Shown: piece after piece, positions 23,168 through 31,936 of the stretch
Position numbering within the stretch: the first letter of the stretch is position 1
How the letters are laid out: every line of letters starts with the position of its first letter
DNA from: Thermofilaceae archaeon
Lineage (GTDB): Archaea; Thermoproteota; Thermoprotei; Thermofilales; Thermofilaceae
Direction: 5' to 3'
NCBI GenBank assembly: GCA_038727095.1
Contig: JAVYWK010000011.1
Location: 9,847-41,846, forward strand
DNA length: 32,000 nt
Program-made: the position numbers and the translations under genes
The notes under the pieces: generated by a model
The model's database searches: none
Seen by the model: only the letters and a program-made list of their open reading frames with translations
Told to the model about the DNA's origin: nothing

Positions 23168-25186
23168 TTGAGGGGGTCAAGCCTGTTTAGGAAAATAATC
23201 GGTGTTGACCTACTACCGGGCGAATCCCCCGCAGCTCTTCAAGAGCCTTTTGTAGCGTATGTTCTGCTCTACGAGGGTAATGTCAGGGAGAGGGGTGTCG
23301 CTAGACTACGCGAGATTCTTGCTCTTATCGAAAGGGAGCGTGTAGAAGCGCTAGCTGTCGACAATATTTACGAGCTCGCACCTTCCATCAGCGAGCTCCA
23401 AAGCGTGATGAGTTCGTTAACGCACCCACCACGACTTGTGCAAGTAACAATGATAGGTGAGCGCGCATACCCGCTAGCATCGATTGCAGCTTCCCTCGGA
23501 TTGGCTGGCAGTAAACTGAGCCCGCAGCAGGCTGCGGAGGTGGCAGCAAGGTTATGCTACATGGGCATTGGCTCAGAGCTTCAGTTGTTTGAGAGCGACG
23601 AAACACGCGTTGTTATCTCTAAGGGGAGAACCCCAATCCAGGGCGGGATGAGTGTTGAACGTTACCGAAGGAGCATTGAGAGCAGGCTCCTGAAGAAAAC
23701 TAGGGAGGTGCAAGAGCTGTTGAGGGAAAGAGGCCTCGATTACGATCTCTTCATAACCAAGACCGCTTATGGCGTAGAAAGGAGCGTGTTCGTTATTTAC
23801 GCACCGCGAGAGCGGATCTATGGGATTGTTAGACCGATCAAGGACCATGATATCCAGATATCAATCGAACCGGTTGCGCGGCGCGATCCGTTTTTTGTGC
23901 CTCTGACTAGCCATGTTCAACGTCAACGGAAATCATCTGAATATTTGATCGTAGGGGTTGACCCTGGCGTTTCAACTGGCGTTGCAGCTCTAACTCTTGA
24001 TGGCAGGTTGAAGCTCTTGATTTCTGGGAAAGAGCTTGGTAGAGGACAGGTAGCTAGAACCTTGCTTGATGTTGGAACGCCGCTTGTTATCTGCACAGAT
24101 GTTTCGCCGCCTCCCGGATACGTGAAGAGGTTGGCGGCAATGCTCAGCGCGGTTCTCATCTACCCACCGCATCCGCTATCGATAGAAGATAAACGACATC
24201 TGGTGAGCGAATTCTCGACGTCCGCAGAGCACTGCGTAAAAGTGAGAGATTCGCACCAGCGGGACGCGCTTGCTGCAGCCCTGTTTGCTATGCGGCATTT
24301 CCAACCGAAGTTTTCAGAAGCCAAGGAAAAGGTGGAAAGGTTAGGATTGAGCATCCCGCTGGATGAAGTGTTAGCCCTGGTTGTAAAGGGGGTACCGATC
24401 TGGGAGGCTATTAGGCAGGTTTCAAAGGACTACTTGATTCCCACTCAAAGGCCATCACCACCTGTTACTCCACAGGCCGCTACCCAGCCCATTGAATTAG
24501 CGCGAGAGAAAGTCGATGAGTTGTACAAAAGAGTTCGCGAGCTTGAAGAGGAAAAAAAGATGATTCTCAGCAGGCTAAAGGAGCTGGAAACGCAGCTGGA
24601 AAGACTCTTACAGATTCAAAGCTTCGAGGTTAGAAGGGATAGAGAAGTTGAAGCTCTAAGGAGCAGATTGGATAATCTTCTAAGGGACTATAACCTGATT
24701 CAGCAGCAAGTGGAAGACCTGAAGAAGGAGAAGGAAACCCTTCTGACGTTTCTAATGAAAGCTGCAGTAGGCGAACTCGTGCTAGCGCCAAGGTTCAGCA
24801 GTCCCCACACGATGTCGGAGCACGCATGCACGGGTGGAGTTGTAGTGTTTGGCGCGGTATCTCCATCGGACCTTACACTCGTGAGAGAGAAAGTAAGGAA
24901 GCTCGCTCTCAGAGCCGTGATATCCGAACAACGCCTACCAGAACAATTGATCGAAGCTCTCGCCTGCGATGACGTTGTTGCCTTCTCGCCCGATGAGGTT
25001 AAGCCTCTTGCTGTAATTGGTGATGTTTACATACTCGATAAGAAGTACCTGGAGTATCAGATCGAATGCAAACTTAAAAGCTTAGATAACAGGACTAGAA
25101 GATTGATGAAGGATTTCGTAAAAAATATTATTGAGGGTTATAAGACTGAAAGAACCAAAGCTTTGATTCAAACCGAAAAAAGTTAG
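23168..25186 (+). CDS. DUF460/COG2433-type archaeal protein: RNase H-fold (RuvC/YqgF-like) module(s) + coiled coil
   Basis: Central segment LIVGVDPGVSTGVAALTLDGRL...LVICTDVSPPP...DSHQRDALAAAL. N-terminal look-alike IIGVDLLPGES...ALAVDNIYEL. A heptad-rich stretch at about 24500-24760 (KVDELYKRVRELEEEKKMILSRLKELETQLERLL...). TTG start lies 28 nt downstream of TTAAAA. Confidence 0.82.
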   Translation: MRGSSLFRKIIGVDLLPGESPAALQEPFVAYVLLYEGNVRERGVARLREILALIERERVEALAVDNIYELAPSISELQSVMSSLTHPPRLVQVTMIGERAYPLASIAASLGLAGSKLSPQQAAEVAARLCYMGIGSELQLFESDETRVVISKGRTPIQGGMSVERYRRSIESRLLKKTREVQELLRERGLDYDLFITKTAYGVERSVFVIYAPRERIYGIVRPIKDHDIQISIEPVARRDPFFVPLTSHVQRQRKSSEYLIVGVDPGVSTGVAALTLDGRLKLLISGKELGRGQVARTLLDVGTPLVICTDVSPPPGYVKRLAAMLSAVLIYPPHPLSIEDKRHLVSEFSTSAEHCVKVRDSHQRDALAAALFAMRHFQPKFSEAKEKVERLGLSIPLDEVLALVVKGVPIWEAIRQVSKDYLIPTQRPSPPVTPQAATQPIELAREKVDELYKRVRELEEEKKMILSRLKELETQLERLLQIQSFEVRRDREVEALRSRLDNLLRDYNLIQQQVEDLKKEKETLLTFLMKAAVGELVLAPRFSSPHTMSEHACTGGVVVFGAVSPSDLTLVREKVRKLALRAVISEQRLPEQLIEALACDDVVAFSPDEVKPLAVIGDVYILDKKYLEYQIECKLKSLDNRTRRLMKDFVKNIIEGYKTERTKALIQTEKS

Positions 25187-25194
25187 CTTTGTGC

Positions 25195-26421
25195 CTAAAA
25201 TGGAACTAACTTACCTTCCATGAAATCGTAAAGTAACTTATTCACCCTATTCAGTTCTTCTCTAGCAATTCCTTCAGCTTCCCTTTTAACTGCTTTGAAG
25301 TCCTCTTCCCTCTCAACAACGATGCCAAGGTACGTTATCAGAGGATCGTTTATAGGCCTACCTATCTGGCTCAGAAGCTTTACATACGCCTCATCAGCGT
25401 CGGTCTCCTCCACGATTCTCCGGGCTATAATTTGAGCTAGAACGTTGTACAATTTTCCCACATGGTTAATGGGGTTCTTTCCTGCTGCGGCTTCCATTGA
25501 CATTGGGCGCATCGGCGTGATAAGCCCGTTCGCCCTGTTGCCTCGGCCGGTAGCGCCATCGTCGCCGTGTTCAGCCGAGGTACCTGTTACAACGAGGTAA
25601 TACCCACTCTCATCCGCCGCGCTTGGATCATCTCCCGTGTTGATGTAGACCCTAACCTCCTTGCTTGTGATCTTAGCAGCGAGATCCTCGATTCTACGTT
25701 TAACCTCCTCCTTGGCACTTAGGTACTCATACCTGTTCGCTATGTGGCGTGAGACGAAGGCTACAGCCACAGTTAGATCTATACGAGTACCGACTCGGAC
25801 CGCCATCACTTTCACGTCTTCTCCCACCATCGGTAGTTCGCTCTTCACTTTGAGCGAGTTGAGGAAGCGCTCAACCTCTAGGACAAGCCTCTCTGTTTCG
25901 CTTAACGGGGCGAAACCTACGCCCAACGAGGTATCGTTAGCGCCAGGGTACTCTTTCCGCCGCTTGAATATGGACACTAAGTCAGCTGACCCCTTTCCAA
26001 CTTTGTAGTCAATGATCACATGCTCGTCTGGATTCAAGTAGCGAAAGTTGCTTTTCAGCCACGTTCTTGAAGCGTTAAGCAGTATTGGCCCTATAGGTAC
26101 GATTTCTACCGCACTGCTCTCCGTTTTCACCTCGGTAGTGGCACGCCCCGCGATCGTTACGTAAATTGGTGCTAAAACCTCGCCTCCACCAAATCTCGGC
26201 CTCGCTTGCCCCCCCACCACTAGGACCTTGTCTACATTGTGATGCAGCACCTCGCCAAACCTTTTGAGATACTCCTTGCACAACGCAGCACTAGAGGCTT
26301 CAGCAATCGCATCAGCGATGTAGTCAGGGTGGCCTAGACCCTTTCTTTCAACAAATTCTATATTCCTCTTTTCCATTGGAAGACTCTCGAATCGCTCGAC
26401 TACGATGTTCTCTAATGCCAT
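25195..26421 (-). CDS. mat: Archaeal-type S-adenosylmethionine synthetase (methionine adenosyltransferase)
   Basis: [21 protein letters not shown]...[23 protein letters not shown]...[41 protein letters not shown] at 26421 lies 26 nt downstream of the centre of TATA 26443-26451. The ORF-track TTG at 26439 is less likely. Confidence 0.95.
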   Translation of the reverse strand: MALENIVVERFESLPMEKRNIEFVERKGLGHPDYIADAIAEASSAALCKEYLKRFGEVLHHNVDKVLVVGGQARPRFGGGEVLAPIYVTIAGRATTEVKTESSAVEIVPIGPILLNASRTWLKSNFRYLNPDEHVIIDYKVGKGSADLVSIFKRRKEYPGANDTSLGVGFAPLSETERLVLEVERFLNSLKVKSELPMVGEDVKVMAVRVGTRIDLTVAVAFVSRHIANRYEYLSAKEEVKRRIEDLAAKITSKEVRVYINTGDDPSAADESGYYLVVTGTSAEHGDDGATGRGNRANGLITPMRPMSMEAAAGKNPINHVGKLYNVLAQIIARRIVEETDADEAYVKLLSQIGRPINDPLITYLGIVVEREEDFKAVKREAEGIAREELNRVNKLLYDFMEGKLVPF

Positions 26422-26442
26422 CGCTCGACCCTCGATCAAACC

Positions 26443-26451
26443 TTATTTAAA
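26443..26451 (-). promoter_or_regulatory. TATA box of the SAM synthetase gene (leaderless)
   Basis: Minus-strand TTTAAATAA, centred 26 nt upstream of ATG 26421. Confidence 0.6.
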
Positions 26452-26490
26452 GTGAATTGCCCTATGAATTTACGCATTTTATCGATAGAT

Positions 26491-26742
26491 CTAAGGGGTG
26501 ATGCCACCCTCTCGCGTGAAGATGTACACGATGTTGCTTCCGCGTATGAAGATTCTTCCATACTTCACGAGTGGAGTTCCATCCTCGTTCACCTGCATCG
26601 CTTCACCCAGTATGATGTTCATAGATCGGTCAACATCCTCTATTACGCCCTTGTACTCGCTATTGTCCTTGAGCTTGACGTAAACCTCAGTGCTGCGCTC
26701 CTTTAGCCTCTCTAACAGCTCCAATGGGGACTTCGCGCTCAT
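26491..26742 (-). CDS. Sm-like archaeal protein (SmAP/LSm)
   Basis: Sm1/Sm2 motifs: PLELLERLKERSTEVYVKLKDNSEYKGVIEDVDRSMNIILGEA...GRIFIRGSNIVYI. ATG at 26742; GTG at 26751 is an alternative. Confidence 0.9.
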   Translation of the reverse strand: MSAKSPLELLERLKERSTEVYVKLKDNSEYKGVIEDVDRSMNIILGEAMQVNEDGTPLVKYGRIFIRGSNIVYIFTREGGITP

Positions 26743-26778
26743 GCCTAGCACCGGGGCGATTGAGCGCTCTAAACAGCC

Positions 26779-26786
26779 TTTTTAAA
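26779..26786. promoter_or_regulatory. Shared palindromic TATA between the Sm gene (-) and the zinc-ribbon gene (+)
   Basis: TTTTTAAA, 26 nt from ATG 26809 (+) and 31 or 40 nt from GTG 26751 or ATG 26742 (-). Confidence 0.45.
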
Positions 26787-26808
26787 CTTTTGAGCGACCC
26801 ACAACCAT

Positions 26809-26997
26809 ATGCTCAAGGAGGAGGGGAAAGCCCTCGTGTGCGAGAGCTGTGGGCGCGCGAAACCGCTCGCCAAAATTGCAGGTAAGTACTACTGCTACGA
26901 GTGCGGGCGCAGAATCGTAGAGGAACACATTCGGGAGCAGCTGAAGGAGCTAGAAAGGAAAGGCATCATTCGATTCGATGTTAAGCCAAAAGGGTGA
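26809..26997 (+). CDS. Small CxxC-x14-CxxC zinc-ribbon protein (62 aa), function unknown
   Basis: ALVCESCGRAKPLAKIAGKYYCYECGRRIV followed by a K/E-rich helix. ATG lies 26 nt downstream of the centre of TATA 26779-26786. Confidence 0.6.
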   Translation: MLKEEGKALVCESCGRAKPLAKIAGKYYCYECGRRIVEEHIREQLKELERKGIIRFDVKPKG

Positions 26998-27453
26998 CTA
27001 GTCCCCGCCTTTATGCCTCGTAGCTTCATGACGCTTCCTCAGCTCTCTCTCACGCTGTTTACGCGTCCACTTGTAGTTGTGCGTGTAGCGGTATTTAGTG
27101 CTGAGCAACCCGCGCACCTTCCTGCCAGCCATCGTCTTCCCCTTAAAAACGCGCCCCCTGTCAGGCTTGATATTAACAACCTTCGGGAGCTTAACAGTGG
27201 TCAGCTGTACCTCACCCGAAGCTACTGCTTTTAACCAGCTGGCTAACCTCTGGACGTTTTCCTCGTGCAGGGATTTCCTACGCTTATCAACGTATATGCC
27301 GAGTAATCGCGCCTCACGCACAGTAAGGCCGACGGCTTTGACCTCTGTCTCAGAGTAGCCCTTCCCCACCCTCTCCCTTCTCGACGGAACACCCCCGTAC
27401 CGCCTGAGCAAAGGAGCTTTGACTATCGGAGGAGGCCCTTGCGCACCGCTCAC
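26998..27453 (-). CDS. rpl13e: Ribosomal protein eL13
   Basis: IVKAPLLRRYGGVPSRRERVGKGYSETEVKAVGLTVREARLLGIYVDKRRKSLHEENVQRL aligns by eye with the eukaryotic L13 core (RAGRGFSLEELRVAGI...ISVDPRRRN...NVQRL). Basic C-terminal half. GTG start in a GTGA overlap with the upstream ORF. Confidence 0.8.
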   Translation of the reverse strand: MSGAQGPPPIVKAPLLRRYGGVPSRRERVGKGYSETEVKAVGLTVREARLLGIYVDKRRKSLHEENVQRLASWLKAVASGEVQLTTVKLPKVVNIKPDRGRVFKGKTMAGRKVRGLLSTKYRYTHNYKWTRKQRERELRKRHEATRHKGGD

Positions 27454-27836
27454 GAAGCCCCTTCGGTAGTGCGCCTTTTAACCCTTTTCGCTTCTATCGC
27501 CTTCATCGCTATCGACCGAGCACGAAGAGCCAGCAAGCCTCCAACCACAAGCCCTGTGAAGAGGCCGAGAACACCCGTCAAGAGCAAAAGTCTCCGTGCT
27601 GATTCTAACGATCGCTCCGATAGCGCGCTCCGGCTTACTAGAAGCAGAGCGATGGACAGCGTACACACTAAGAAGTAGGCTACTAAGGGCCAGAGGAGCA
27701 CATAGATACTTTCACCGATAATTCTGGGAAGCAGCCACACCATTAGGGGCGGGATCAAGGCATTGATTACAAACAATGGAGTAGCCCTTCGAAGTGTTTG
27801 TTCAGCTGACCTCAATATCTGGGAGCCCCGCAGCAT
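27450..27836 (-). CDS. Hypothetical 3-TM membrane protein (128 aa)
   Basis: Three hydrophobic segments: PLFVINALIPPLMVWLLPRII, SIYVLLWPLVAYFLVCTLSIALLLV and LLLLTGVLGLFTGLVVGGLLAL. ATG at 27836. Its stop overlaps the eL13 start. Confidence 0.55.
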   Translation of the reverse strand: MLRGSQILRSAEQTLRRATPLFVINALIPPLMVWLLPRIIGESIYVLLWPLVAYFLVCTLSIALLLVSRSALSERSLESARRLLLLTGVLGLFTGLVVGGLLALRARSIAMKAIEAKRVKRRTTEGAS

Positions 27837-27860
27837 GTGATGCTCGTCAACAAATCCGAT

Positions 27861-29489
27861 TTAACTCTTGTTTTTAAAACCGGTGGTGAGTAAGGCAACG
27901 GAAGCAATACCGTATGCCACATTTGCCCCGTAAAGGTAGTTCTTTACTCTACTCCAATCACCCAGGGTTATGAGATAAACTCTTATCAAGTTCAAAACCA
28001 CGAGTAAAATTAGGATGCCCACGACTAGTGTTCCAGCTGGAAGAACCTGACCTACGCTGTACGCAAACATTAACCCATTGGGATCCAGGGCTAGTTTAAC
28101 GTAACGTAGCCGCGAAGACGTCAACGGTGCATAATAAGTCAAAAAAGTGGTCACAGCTACTATGACGGCTACGACTAATATTAAGATCGTATTCCCGGGC
28201 GGTATAGTACCAACTCTCTGTAATCTCAGGCTCCAGTCAGTGAAGCGGGAAAGAGAAGCATAGTCCCCCTGCAGAGTCACAGCTCTAGTAAAGAGCAGAA
28301 GTAGCGGTATGCCCAATGAGAGCGGTAGGAACGTCGCACTACTTACGCTACCGACAAGTTTACAGTCCCAGAGGGTTAGCACTACAAGGGTTAGTATCAA
28401 CGAAGGGTGAAGGATCAAATTCATCAATAGCTCCGCCTTCCCTTGCAAGAATACTTTTTCGCTAAAAGTTGTTAACAAAACCCAAGCGAGCTGGAGAAGC
28501 TCTGGCACGACGGGGTAAGCAGGGTGGAGAATCACAAACGTCCCACCTTCCAGCCTAATCACAACGAAGATCGTAAGCAGCAGCATTACGAGGGTGTTCA
28601 AGAGAAGATAAATAGCATAGACGGTCCCAACAACGATATAGCCCAAGAGAAGGAGCAGTATACCCAGCATGCTCACGGCTAAGCTGGCCATCTTTTTTGG
28701 ATACAGTGTAGCCCCTCTTACAACGTACAAAAGAATAACCGCAGCAGCAGTTGATGCTACCAAGCCCAGCTGAACGCCAGTTCTTACGCTGAACAGTATC
28801 TCGACAATGGGTGCGCCGAAACCGGCTAAAATGTGCTGGAGAAGCAAGTGCGCTGAGAGCGTTATAGCGGTTGATGCAGGGAGAATCAATGCTTGCAGAA
28901 ACGTAAACGCCCATGGCACTACTCTAGGAGAAAAGGGGCTGATGCCTAAATCCGCCCAAGCCAGGAGCGCCCCCAGAGGTGCTCCGATAGCATACCCCCT
29001 CAAATCGACCCTTGATGGGGGGGAGACGGATGTGGGAAGAGCTTCAACGCCCAGCCAAAGCGGGGAAAATAACCTCACGAAACCCTCGGCTAATAGCATT
29101 TGACCCAGCGACAGAGCAATGGATAAGCAGAGTAGCACGATCATGCTTTGATCGATTACTCTCTGGGGATAGCTTAGCGAGACCAACAGCTGCGGCACCG
29201 CAGCACTAGGTGTACCCATCATTCTCAGCGCTGTTGCTGCGACGCGTAGGGTAGCAGCCGTCATGGCAGATGCTACACTGATAGCTAATGCCGACGCCCA
29301 GTACTCGCTACGTGGCTTTACTGCGTGAGCGAAAACTACCAATATGGAAAACACGACCGGTTGAACGATTACCGGCAGGCTACCCACGTCAGGATTGCCG
29401 GGCGAGACAAAATCCCCGAGAATAAGGCCTATGCCCGATCCAAGCACTAGGGCAGCGGCAACCACGAACGCCCCTCTCATCGCAATCAC
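27861..29489 (-). CDS. Hypothetical polytopic membrane protein (542 aa, roughly 14-16 TM segments)
   Basis: Almost entirely hydrophobic, with short polar loops. I could not see any transporter, GT-C or NuoL-type motif. Start is GTG 29489 (GTGA overlap with the upstream small ORF) or ATG 29480. Confidence 0.72.
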   Translation of the reverse strand: MIAMRGAFVVAAALVLGSGIGLILGDFVSPGNPDVGSLPVIVQPVVFSILVVFAHAVKPRSEYWASALAISVASAMTAATLRVAATALRMMGTPSAAVPQLLVSLSYPQRVIDQSMIVLLCLSIALSLGQMLLAEGFVRLFSPLWLGVEALPTSVSPPSRVDLRGYAIGAPLGALLAWADLGISPFSPRVVPWAFTFLQALILPASTAITLSAHLLLQHILAGFGAPIVEILFSVRTGVQLGLVASTAAAVILLYVVRGATLYPKKMASLAVSMLGILLLLLGYIVVGTVYAIYLLLNTLVMLLLTIFVVIRLEGGTFVILHPAYPVVPELLQLAWVLLTTFSEKVFLQGKAELLMNLILHPSLILTLVVLTLWDCKLVGSVSSATFLPLSLGIPLLLLFTRAVTLQGDYASLSRFTDWSLRLQRVGTIPPGNTILILVVAVIVAVTTFLTYYAPLTSSRLRYVKLALDPNGLMFAYSVGQVLPAGTLVVGILILLVVLNLIRVYLITLGDWSRVKNYLYGANVAYGIASVALLTTGFKNKS

Positions 29490-29701
29490 TCAACGCTACT
29501 ACCATTTTCAACTCTGTTCAAGAACCTGCCGTGCGAAGCCCGCATTAGAACGTGCATGCGCACCATGCAACCGCTCCCGCCCTTTGTACAGTAATCTCTC
29601 AATGCGTGCTGGCGCATCCTCCATTCTTCAGGAGAGAGAAAAACGCAACGCACACCTGAGCTGGTCAGGCAGTAGTAGGGGCACCCAAAGCTCTTGTGCA
29701 T
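29486..29701 (-). CDS. Hypothetical Cys-rich small protein (71 aa)
   Basis: MHKSFGCPYYCLTSSGVRCVF...DYCTKGGSGCMV (5 Cys plus several His). ATG is preceded by GGGGAGGAG ending 9 nt upstream. Its stop overlaps the start of the 542-aa membrane protein. Confidence 0.5.
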   Translation of the reverse strand: MHKSFGCPYYCLTSSGVRCVFLSPEEWRMRQHALRDYCTKGGSGCMVRMHVLMRASHGRFLNRVENGSSVE

Positions 29702-29746
29702 CGTGAAGCTCCTCCCCTATGTCTATTATGTGTAGCGTGCAGAAAA

Positions 29747-30247
29747 CTAGGTTCTGTTAAGGTAATTTACATATTTTTTTAGCTTTATAAGTGTATCTTG
29801 AAGGCTCTCTGGTATAACTTTAGTATTAGAGATTACTGGCATGAAATTAGTATCACCTAACCAACGAGGCACCACGTGAATGTGAAGATGGGATTCTAGC
29901 CCTGCACCAGCAACCCTCCCCAGATTGACACCGATGTTGAAGCCATCTGGATCTAAAGCCCGCTTAAGTATTTCAACGCTCTCCCTAAGAACTTCAACCA
30001 ATTCGTGGAGCTCATCTTTAGTGAGGGACGAGAAGTCCGGTGCGTGACGTGCTGGCGCAACCAGTAAATGGCCAGTGTTGTACGGGTATTTGTTCATCAC
30101 AACAATCGCCCTAGATGTCTTAAAGAGGACAAAATGCTCATCGGGGTTAGGTGCAGTGAAAGCTTTGCAAATGAAACATTCCGCGTCCTTCTCTATTTTC
30201 GCGTACTCGATGTACTTCATTCGCCAGGGTGCCCAAAGGATGTCCAT
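29747..30247 (-). CDS. HIT-family nucleotide hydrolase/transferase (Ap4A-phosphorylase-like subgroup)
   Basis: Histidine triad HLHIHVVPRW, N-terminal WAPWRMKYI, and NKYPYNTGHLLVAP. ATG at 30247 lies about 32 nt downstream of a TATA-like box. The longer ORF-track start at 30301 is unlikely. Confidence 0.88.
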   Translation of the reverse strand: MDILWAPWRMKYIEYAKIEKDAECFICKAFTAPNPDEHFVLFKTSRAIVVMNKYPYNTGHLLVAPARHAPDFSSLTKDELHELVEVLRESVEILKRALDPDGFNIGVNLGRVAGAGLESHLHIHVVPRWLGDTNFMPVISNTKVIPESLQDTLIKLKKYVNYLNRT

Positions 30248-30273
30248 AGCTTGGGGGAATGAATGAGCACCGA

Positions 30274-30283
30274 TTTTAATTTG
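30274..30283 (-). promoter_or_regulatory. TATA-like box of the HIT gene
   Basis: Minus-strand AAATTAAAAT, centred about 32 nt upstream of ATG 30247. Divergent from the eS1 promoter. Confidence 0.45.
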
Positions 30284-30328
30284 ATGCCTACCAAGGCCCA
30301 AGAAGGCACCGGGCAGCCCAGACCAAGG

Positions 30329-30336
30329 TTTATAAA
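30329..30336 (+). promoter_or_regulatory. TATA box of eS1 (leaderless)
   Basis: TTTATAAA, centred 30 nt upstream of ATG 30362. Confidence 0.6.
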
Positions 30337-30361
30337 CGATGGTGAAGCCACTCGTGGCGTT

Positions 30362-30991
30362 ATGAGCGAGCGGGTTTCGCGAGAAGCTCGTAGCAAGTGG
30401 GAGGCGAAGAAGTGGTTCAGAGTACTAGCACCCAGTGCCTTCGGGTTTGCCGAGATAGCTCTGGTGCCGGCGAAGGATGCGACGACGCTAATCGGTCGTA
30501 CTGTGGAGATTAGCTTCTTCGATATTACGAAAGACGTCTCGCAGCTACCAACAAAGCTGAAGTTTCAGATAGTGGATATAAAAGGCGATACCGTAAACAC
30601 GCAGCTTAAGCAGATAGAGTTGACCAGGGACTACATAAGGAGCTTGGTTAGACGGGGGTCCTCTAGGATTGACGTGATAGTGGACGTTGAAACGGCTGAT
30701 GGTGTTCGACTCAGAGTGATGGGCTTAGCTGTGACTCAAAGAAGGGTGAAAACCTCGCAGAAGAAAGCCATGAGGAAGATAATGTTTGACTTGATAGCTG
30801 GTAAGGCATCATCCATGAAGTTTGACGAATTCATCCAGGAGATTGTCCTAGGTAAGCTTGCCACTGAAATCGAGGTAGCCGTGAAGAAGATCTACCCCCT
30901 CAGGAAAGCTGAAGTACGGAAAGTAAAAGTTCTAACCAGTCCCTTCGAGGTAGTTAACTTAGTGCAAACCTTGAGCGCTGCTAGCCAGTAA
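30362..30991 (+). CDS. rps3ae: Ribosomal protein eS1 (S3Ae)
   Basis: SKWEAKKWFRVLAPSAFG...IGRTVEISFFDIT...LKFQIVDIKGD...LTRDYIRSLVRRGSSRID. ATG at 30362 lies 30 nt downstream of the centre of TATA TTTATAAA (30329-30336). Confidence 0.93.
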   Translation: MSERVSREARSKWEAKKWFRVLAPSAFGFAEIALVPAKDATTLIGRTVEISFFDITKDVSQLPTKLKFQIVDIKGDTVNTQLKQIELTRDYIRSLVRRGSSRIDVIVDVETADGVRLRVMGLAVTQRRVKTSQKKAMRKIMFDLIAGKASSMKFDEFIQEIVLGKLATEIEVAVKKIYPLRKAEVRKVKVLTSPFEVVNLVQTLSAASQ

Positions 30992-31354
30992 AGAGAGAAT
31001 TTCTAGGAGATCATCAACTGCGAGGCGCCTAGCTTCATCCACTGTAGGAGCCTTTCCGCTCTTAAAGAGGCAAAGCGCGTAGTAGCCGGTAGAGATCCTC
31101 TCTACGAGGAGGGGTAGAACATCGGTGAACCTCGCAACTATCATGCCTCGCTCGTCGATGAAAACATCGTCAGACACGCGGTGCAACCCCTTTACATTAA
31201 TCTCCCGAAGATCATGGAAGAGCACTACGCCATACACAGTGGGGGTCTCAAGGCCTTTTGATATGGCAAGCCCCTCGAGTAAGCTGATCATCTTCCTAAC
31301 AACACGATTCAGCTGACGTCGCTCCTCCTGCCCCTCTACCCCCACGTGATGCAA
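30959..31354 (-). CDS. Hypothetical protein (110-131 aa, start uncertain)
   Basis: ORF with a TTG at 31354, a GTG at 31345 and the first ATG at 31291 (MISLLEGLAISKG...). No family recognised. Its 3' end overlaps the eS1 3' end by 33 nt (convergent). Confidence 0.45.
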   Translation of the reverse strand: MHHVGVEGQEERRQLNRVVRKMISLLEGLAISKGLETPTVYGVVLFHDLREINVKGLHRVSDDVFIDERGMIVARFTDVLPLLVERISTGYYALCLFKSGKAPTVDEARRLAVDDLLEILSLLASSAQGLH

Positions 31355-31381
31355 TTCGCTTCTCCGCAGCCTAAACTTTAC

Positions 31382-31744
31382 TCACTTGACGTATGTTACA
31401 AGCTTAACCTTAGCAAATACAGATTCCAGATTCCCCGTCAATTCCCCTCGCTTCGCCAAGAACCACAGGGGGCTTTCCCTATTCACAGCGTACTTCACGC
31501 CGTGCGCAGTCCTCGAAAGCCTTCTAACAAGCCCCTGTGCATGAAGCTGCTCTATCACCTCCTTTATCAGCGTGAGAACAACCGGGTGCGTCGGTAAACC
31601 TGCTTCACTAGCTATCTTCTTAGCGTTAAAGGTGAGCATGGACCCCTTCGTTGCGGATATCATATTCGCCAGAGTCTCAACGACTATCCTCTGGAGGCGA
31701 GCATAATCCCTATAGATCTCGGGGTTAAAGCGGTGCGCATTCAC
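31382..31744 (-). CDS. Hypothetical protein with probable winged-helix fold (120 aa)
   Basis: AKKIASEAGLPTHPVVLTLIKEVIEQLHAQGLVRRLSRTAHGVKYAV shows an HTH plus wing pattern. GTG start at 31744 lies 25 nt downstream of the centre of CTATAAT (31766-31772). Confidence 0.55.
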   Translation of the reverse strand: MNAHRFNPEIYRDYARLQRIVVETLANMISATKGSMLTFNAKKIASEAGLPTHPVVLTLIKEVIEQLHAQGLVRRLSRTAHGVKYAVNRESPLWFLAKRGELTGNLESVFAKVKLVTYVK

Positions 31745-31765
31745 GATTGATCCGTTTAACTCGAG

Positions 31766-31772
31766 ATTATAG
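31766..31772 (-). promoter_or_regulatory. TATA box of the 120-aa wHTH-like gene (leaderless GTG)
   Basis: Minus-strand CTATAAT, centred 25 nt upstream of GTG 31744. Confidence 0.4.
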
Positions 31773-31936
31773 CAGCGCCAGCCAGCTCTATTGATGTAAC
31801 GCTAATAAGGATTCACATATTCTACGCGTAAACCCACCATTGAACTGTAACTCTAACCCTCAACTCCCCTGCTCAACGGAGGGACTTTAAGACATCTAAA
31901 ATCAAGTTATCCCTTAGAGTGTGGGTTGCAACCAAC

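Noticed and set aside
26998-27453. Treating the basic C-terminal half of the 151-aa eL13 as a fused extra domain
   Set aside because: Eukaryotic eL13 also continues for about 90 residues after the NVQRL motif, so the length is compatible with a full-length eL13. I cannot show a fusion from sequence alone.
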